From Octopus vulgaris (lineage: Eukaryota), in the NCBI GenBank assembly GCA_951406725.2, contig OX597817.1:135284001-135348000 (forward strand): a stretch of DNA of 64,000 bases, read 5' to 3'. The notes beneath the pieces were generated by a model, which was not told where the DNA came from, searched no databases, and worked only from the letters and a program-made list of their open reading frames with translations. Of this stretch, positions 57,540 to 64,000 are shown one piece after another; the stretch's first letter is position 1; every line of letters begins with the position of its first letter. The position numbers and the translations under genes were made by a program.

Positions 57540-58490
57540 GCTTGACTGTGCGAGATGTGCGAGGAATCGAAGACGGTAATGGAGTTTAGGGCCGACATCA
57601 AAAGCCGACCGCTGCTCTCTGTTAAAGGAGGCCTTTAACAACTGAGACTTGCGAGATTCCGAGGGACAAATCACCCGGTTTGGATGGTGTGTCGCATGAG
57701 TTTTATGATTATATGCCAGACTGATTTTGCAAACTCTTCGGTAACATCTACTGCAATTGGAAACAGAACGGGAAAACTGTCAGTTCTGTGAGCCGGAATG
57801 CGGTTGTGCTGCTGCTGAGAAAGGATGCCAAAAAGACGGCTACTAGAGAGAATTTCTGGCTCATAACCTATTTTAAATGCAGGGTTTAAGAATTCAGCCA
57901 AAGTGTTAACAAGCAGATAGGTTGAGAAAGTAAATAAACGTGCAATCTGCAATAAATCAATCCACGACACTCTCCATCTCATATAATACATCATAGAGGA
58001 GGTGAGACACAAACCTGATTCCGTGAATCTCTGATCAACCTGGATCAATAAAAACTTCTCAACAGGATCGTTCATCGCTGTTTTTCAGCGAGACGATGCA
58101 TGTGGCTAGCGTGTCTGTAATGATGGGGGACATAGAAGAAATGGAAATGGGCAGCTCCTTTCTGAAGAAATACGTGGCGATGGCGGGAGCAAAGCTAAAT
58201 CCGAACAAGTCGGTAAACTTGCAGCATCGCGCCAGAAAAAGCAGGCACATGCCGTCGAACAGCATCGTAGTGAGTTGGACAGACGGAGCGGTTAAACTGC
58301 TCGGGGTCTCGTCAGTACGGACCTTCAGGCTGACAGGAATTGGGACATGTTAAGAACAGAGTAGCCAGTCTCACTTAGAAACGGGATGGGAGGAGACGAA
58401 TACCTGGATCACTTCCCTTATTATTTACAGTATTTTGTCGTAGTTCCTGTCTAGCCAGAATACAGCCTCTGCTTTTCCTCTTCCTGTCGA
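57540..58490 (+). mobile_element. Decayed L1/Tx1-clade reverse transcriptase fragment
   Basis: KSPGLDGVSHEFY, LLRKD..ENFWLIT.LNAGFKNSAKVL (cf. RPITLLN.D.KI.AK), GAKLNPNKS, VKLLGV. Confidence 0.75.
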
Positions 58491-58550
58491 AGCGACACGT
58501 TCCGCCCCACCCCTCAAACTTTTTGGCCTTGTGCTAAAATTAGACAAAAT

Positions 58551-58603
<53 letters not shown>

Positions 58604-58604
58604 A

Positions 58605-58817
58605 AGCGGCGGCGGATAGTCAGAAGGGTGAGCACGTCGGACTAAATGCTAAGCAGCGTTTCTCCCGGCTCTTTATGTTCTGAGTTCAAATTACGTTCAG
58701 GTCTTTCAACTTTTCGGGGTCGATAAAATAGGTACCAGTTGAGCAATGATGTCGATTTAATTCACCGCTCCGTTCCCTAAAAATAACAATATTGGTCTCG
58801 TACCAAATTTAGAAAGA
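58605..58817 (+). mobile_element. SINE family A in (TAG)n
   Basis: ttctgagttcaaatt, ttcggggtcgataaaataggtaccagttgagca. Confidence 0.7.
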
Positions 58818-58847
58818 ATTTATTAGTAGTAGTAGTAGTAGTAGTAC

Positions 58848-58894
<47 letters not shown>

Positions 58895-58927
58895 TTGTTA
58901 TTATTATTATTATTATCATTATTATTG

Positions 58928-59000
<73 letters not shown>

Positions 59001-59151
59001 CATTGCTATTCTTGTCGTTTCGGTAACGCATATTCTGTTTAACATTGCATCGTAAGTCTATTGTTATATTCTTGTTGTTTGTTAATTGTAGAACAAAATA
59101 GATGCGACTGAGTACGTTTGTTGTCAGGTTGACTTATCACTTAAGTCAATA

Positions 59152-59154
<3 letters not shown>

Positions 59155-59195
<41 letters not shown>

Positions 59196-59364
59196 GGGAT
59201 ATATATGCTTACAAACATGTATACATTCATACGTGTATGTATGTGTGCGCTTATGCGATCTGTTTGTGCGTGTTTCCACGAACCTGTACGCACATATGCA
59301 CATATTGTGTTTCATAAGTGTGTATTTGTATATACACACATATACATATGTGTGTGTACGTTTA

Positions 59365-59417
<53 letters not shown>

Positions 59418-59469
59418 TACGTTCCTATATTATATAGACATACAAAAATAAACATATATGCGTATACAT

Positions 59470-59518
<49 letters not shown>

Positions 59519-59609
59519 CATACATACAAACATACAAACATACTTACATACATACATACATACATGCATACATACATACAGACATACATACAGACATTCA
59601 TACATACAT

Positions 59610-59648
<39 letters not shown>

Positions 59649-59989
59649 TGTATGCATGCATACACACATAGATACATAAAGTGGAGCCCAATTTTCTCGA
59701 AAAGGTTTGATTTTGTACATTCTACATTGTTGTTGTTGTTGTTGTCGTCGTCGTCGTCGTCGTTGATGTTGTTGTTGTTGTTGTTGTTCCGTTGCTTCTC
59801 CTTTCTTCACTACGCAATTGGTTAATTGTGGTCGACATCATAGCAATTAGGTTTTCTTTAAAATCTTTTCCCCTCTTCTTTCTTCTGTTATTGTTCCTGC
59901 TGGTGTTAACCATTATTGTTACTCTTACTCGTTATTTCCTTCGCATTTTTTTTTCTTCTACTACATTCCTCTCTTTCTCTATCTATCCA

Positions 59990-60054
<65 letters not shown>

Positions 60055-60216
60055 CTCCTCCTTCTGTGTGTCTGTGTATGTGTGTGTATGTGCATAAGCT
60101 TCAATGAAACTATACTTATGTGCATGTGTTATGTGCAATCACACACATACATGCATACACATACATATAAACTAGTTTATATGCACATATATACACATGC
60201 ATATATATATATATAT

Positions 60217-60247
<31 letters not shown>

Positions 60248-60538
60248 CATATGCACACACGCACACACATATGTATGTGTGCACGTATATGTATATATAT
60301 GCATATATATATGTATGTATATATAAACATATACGTATTTATGTATAGGCATGCACGTTTGCATGTATGTATATATGTCTGCATGTTTACAAGTATATGT
60401 GTGCGTGCATGCATGCATGTGTATGTATATATTATGTATGTATACATGCATGTATATATATGTATATATGTAGAGAAATGCATATATATATGTATACATA
60501 TATATATATACATATATATATGTGTATATGTACGTATA

Positions 60539-60574
<36 letters not shown>

Positions 60575-60789
60575 TGTATGTATGTATGTATGTATGTATG
60601 CATGTGTGTGTGGAGATATATATACATATACACACACACACACGTTTAATTGTATGCCTGTCTCTATGTGTGCGCACGTATCTGCGTATGCATTTACGTA
60701 TGTATAGGTATGCACGTATGTGTATTGGCGTTGTTTGAATTTTCTATACTGACGTCAGTATTACGTCAGAATTGTACAGTCAATCAATA

Positions 60790-60829
<40 letters not shown>

Positions 60830-60835
60830 TGTGTG
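59155..60835. repeat. Compound microsatellite block
   Basis: Directly visible TG, TA, CATA, GACA, GTT and CT runs. Confidence 0.85.
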
Positions 60836-61392
60836 TTAAGATGTGAAGATCTGTAAAAATTGACATAGTGGTATTATATATACGTAAAGACTCGGAGAGA
60901 GAGGAGCAAAGTGGGAGAGGAAGATACATAGAGGGAGAGAGAGAGAGATGAGGGGAATGGCGGGAGGGAAGTGTGATGACAGCCGACACAATGAATCTTC
61001 TTAGCCAGGTAAATTAGCAAATAAAAACACAAATAAGGAGTGAAAAAAGGTAATTCAGTAAATAAATTTCTTAGATTCCTACCTTGAATTGTTTTAAAGG
61101 TGTATAGACTGAACAAGCTTTGGGATTAGTTTGGTTGGAAACGAAAGAAACCTATCGTCTGCGATTTAGGTGGAGATTTTTTTTTCAGGTGTGTAGACTG
61201 AAGTGTGCAGAGAAGAATAGAGATATTTTAGAATGCATTTTTTAAAATATATATATATAGGTATGTAAATGAAGTAAAACATTAAATTCAATGCATATTT
61301 GAAATAAAATACATTAAGTGAGCTTTCGTGTATACAACGCGCATTTACGCTTTATGTATGCGTGTGCACGTGTGTGTATGTATACTTATATG

Positions 61393-61452
<60 letters not shown>

Positions 61453-61673
61453 AGCATATCTATGTGTGTGTATGCATGTATGGTCGCTTAGTAGTCACTT
61501 GCAAGCGAGCATGGTCTAATAGCTTGTACCACACTTTCGCTGATGCTTTTAGATATTTTTTTAGTTGTGAGAATGCATAGGCATAAACAACTATGCATCT
61601 ATCTACATATGTTTGCTTGTATGTATGCATGCATATATATATACACATATACATACATATATACATATACACG

Positions 61674-61726
<53 letters not shown>

Positions 61727-61733
61727 CTATGTA

Positions 61734-61765
<32 letters not shown>

Positions 61766-62313
61766 CATATGTATAATTAGGTTCTCCATGATGTATCTCA
61801 TCTTAAGTATGATACACATGTTACTATTTCCAACTAATACTGCTTCTATTAACACACAACGAATTTTTATCCAGCCAGCCGGTTTATTGCAACAAGTGGG
61901 GGGGTGCTTTTCAGTCACTGTTTTACTATATCAGTAACACGAATTTTATATTAGCATAGAGTTGTCAATGGATGCTTGCTACTGACGTTGCTCAAGAAGG
62001 CAGAAATGCGCGCCTAGGAGTGCTACTACCGCACCTCAACGATTTTTGTCTGCTTCTGATGTTTTTTGTGTTTTCTAACACTGTACATCTATAAGATATA
62101 CAATCTCGAGACTAAAACCGCAGTTAATTAACCTTTTTATGATTTGCCTGCTTTGAGTATGATACACAGACTGCTATTTTAGCCTAAGCTAATTCTGTTG
62201 CGCATAACGAGTATACATATATGCAATTTATACATTTCCGTACATGTATAACATTTAAATAGACAGAGAGAGGGTGTGAGAGAAAGAAAGAGAGAGAAGA
62301 GAGGGAAGGAGAA

Positions 62314-62349
<36 letters not shown>

Positions 62350-62365
62350 TGACAGACAGACAGGC

Positions 62366-62514
<149 letters not shown>

Positions 62515-62867
62515 TGTTTCTTTATTAGCCACGCAGGGCTGCACACAGATGGAACAGATTACAAAGAGGAGTTTTTCTTTTTGGGAAGAGAAAAAAGAGT
62601 GGGGTAGGTTTTCGATCAAAAGGGATCGTAAACGGGAAAAAACGATCAATAGAGATCGTGTATCACAGAAATGTCATAATGTAAAGTGTAAAGAGGGAAG
62701 CAGATAAGGTTTATACGTGGAAAGAAAAGACTACGGAAAAGACCACGGTGACCTCGGTCAATGATGTTACATGTTACCACATTTGTTTGCAAGTAGGTAA
62801 CCCTCTGTTTTAAATTTTCCGGGTTCAAAGGATTATGCTCAAGGTGGCTTCGTCATTCATACGTGCC

Positions 62868-62868
<1 letters not shown>
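62515..62868 (-). mobile_element. LINE 3' end (L1/Tx1-like) inserted within (GATA)n
   Basis: Minus strand ends with AATAAAGAAAC, has a pyrimidine-rich UTR, and is flanked on both sides by (GATA)n. Confidence 0.5.
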
Positions 62869-62953
<85 letters not shown>

Positions 62954-62978
62954 CATCTCCAATTAACTCTCTACCGTC

Positions 62979-63250
62979 TTAAAAGAAAAGGTGAAGATAG
63001 TACCAATTATTGTTGGGTCCTTGGGAACAGTATCATAAGACATCGAGTAGAATATAAAGGAAATTGGAACAGAGTGCCAAGTAGAACTGTTACAAGCGGT
63101 TCGCCTCCTTGGCTCGGCCAGAATAATCAGGAAAGTATTAGGTAGGTGAAATGAATGGATAGATTGATACCGTAGGTTACAGGTAGTAAGCTCGCTACGC
63201 ATGCAAGATTCCAGGAGTTCCAATAAAACCTGAGTTAAAAAGAACAGTAA
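62979..63250 (+). mobile_element. 3' end of R4/Dong-type LINE
   Basis: VKIVPIIVGSLGTVS*..IGTECQVELLQAVRLLGSARIIRKVL, then a 3' UTR running into a TAA/TTA tract. Confidence 0.75.
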
Positions 63251-63265
63251 TGATAATTAATAATG

Positions 63266-63346
<81 letters not shown>

Positions 63347-63356
63347 TATTATTATT

Positions 63357-63408
<52 letters not shown>

Positions 63409-64000
63409 TAAGAATCCTTTTTCATTGTAAAAGTCCTACTGTATTATCCAACTGGATAGACAAAAGAACATCTCAAGAAAGCTTAAAAACTTTAATATGT
63501 TACCCAAATACGTAAACACACCTTTTATTGCAACAACACAATTGAATTCAGAAATTCAAAAATTCAACGGACGTATGTGTGTGTGTATGTGTGTGTGCGT
63601 GTGTGTGTGTATGTGTGTGTGTGCGTGTGTGTATGTGTGTGAGTGCGCGCGCGTGTGTGTGTGTATTATTATTATTGTTTTCTCTACCAGTAATTACAAA
63701 TAGAACAGGTTGAATTGCTTCTTTTCAGGGCAACGCTCTCAGTGGCCACTAGTAGTAGTAAACACATTTGACTTCTGCTGACCCAAAGGGTGCGCAGATT
63801 CTTTTGTCTCTATGGCTGACCTCCCCACCATCTGCCGAATCTATTTATAGACCTGTAGAATATGATCTATTCACCACCTAGCTATCCAACTATTTCCACC
63901 AACAACCCAAAATTATGATCTCAAGTACATAACTTGAAAATAAAGAACATTTAGTAAAATATTTTAATAATAAATGGAAATAGTAATAATGATAATAACA

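Noticed and set aside
63265-63407. (TTA)n switching to (TAA)n, forming a palindrome
   Set aside because: A trivial consequence of two opposed microsatellites. There are no CRISPR-like or spacer-containing arrays here or elsewhere in the window.

Overview
An AT-rich animal genomic window made almost entirely of microsatellites ((TA)n, (CA)n, (CATA)n, (GATA)n, (TAA)n, (GA)n) and decayed mobile elements. I found no convincing host protein-coding exon, and nearly all ORFs in the track are translated simple repeats. The repeat landscape resembles a coleoid cephalopod (Octopus-like) genome; this is an inference. Recognisable elements: two nested mariner transposons, a rearranged Ty3/Gypsy element with intact TSD, gag and protease (33019-35227), several R4/Dong-type RLE-LINE fragments in microsatellites, RTE, CR1 and L1/Tx1 fragments, a Helitron helicase fragment, three tRNA-derived SINE families, MITEs, a tRNA-Asp pseudogene, and many Penelope-like inverted-repeat insertions carrying hammerhead ribozyme motifs. 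Top observations: (1) the Gypsy primer-binding site is a 12/12 complement of the 5' end (nt 1-12) of metazoan tRNA-Phe, not of a 3' CCA end, suggesting non-canonical priming; (2) a tRNA-headed SINE-like unit carries a minimal hammerhead and is inserted with Penelope-like inverted geometry; (3) a candidate type II hammerhead. All alignments and folds were done by eye, so element boundaries are approximate unless a TSD or TIR defines them.
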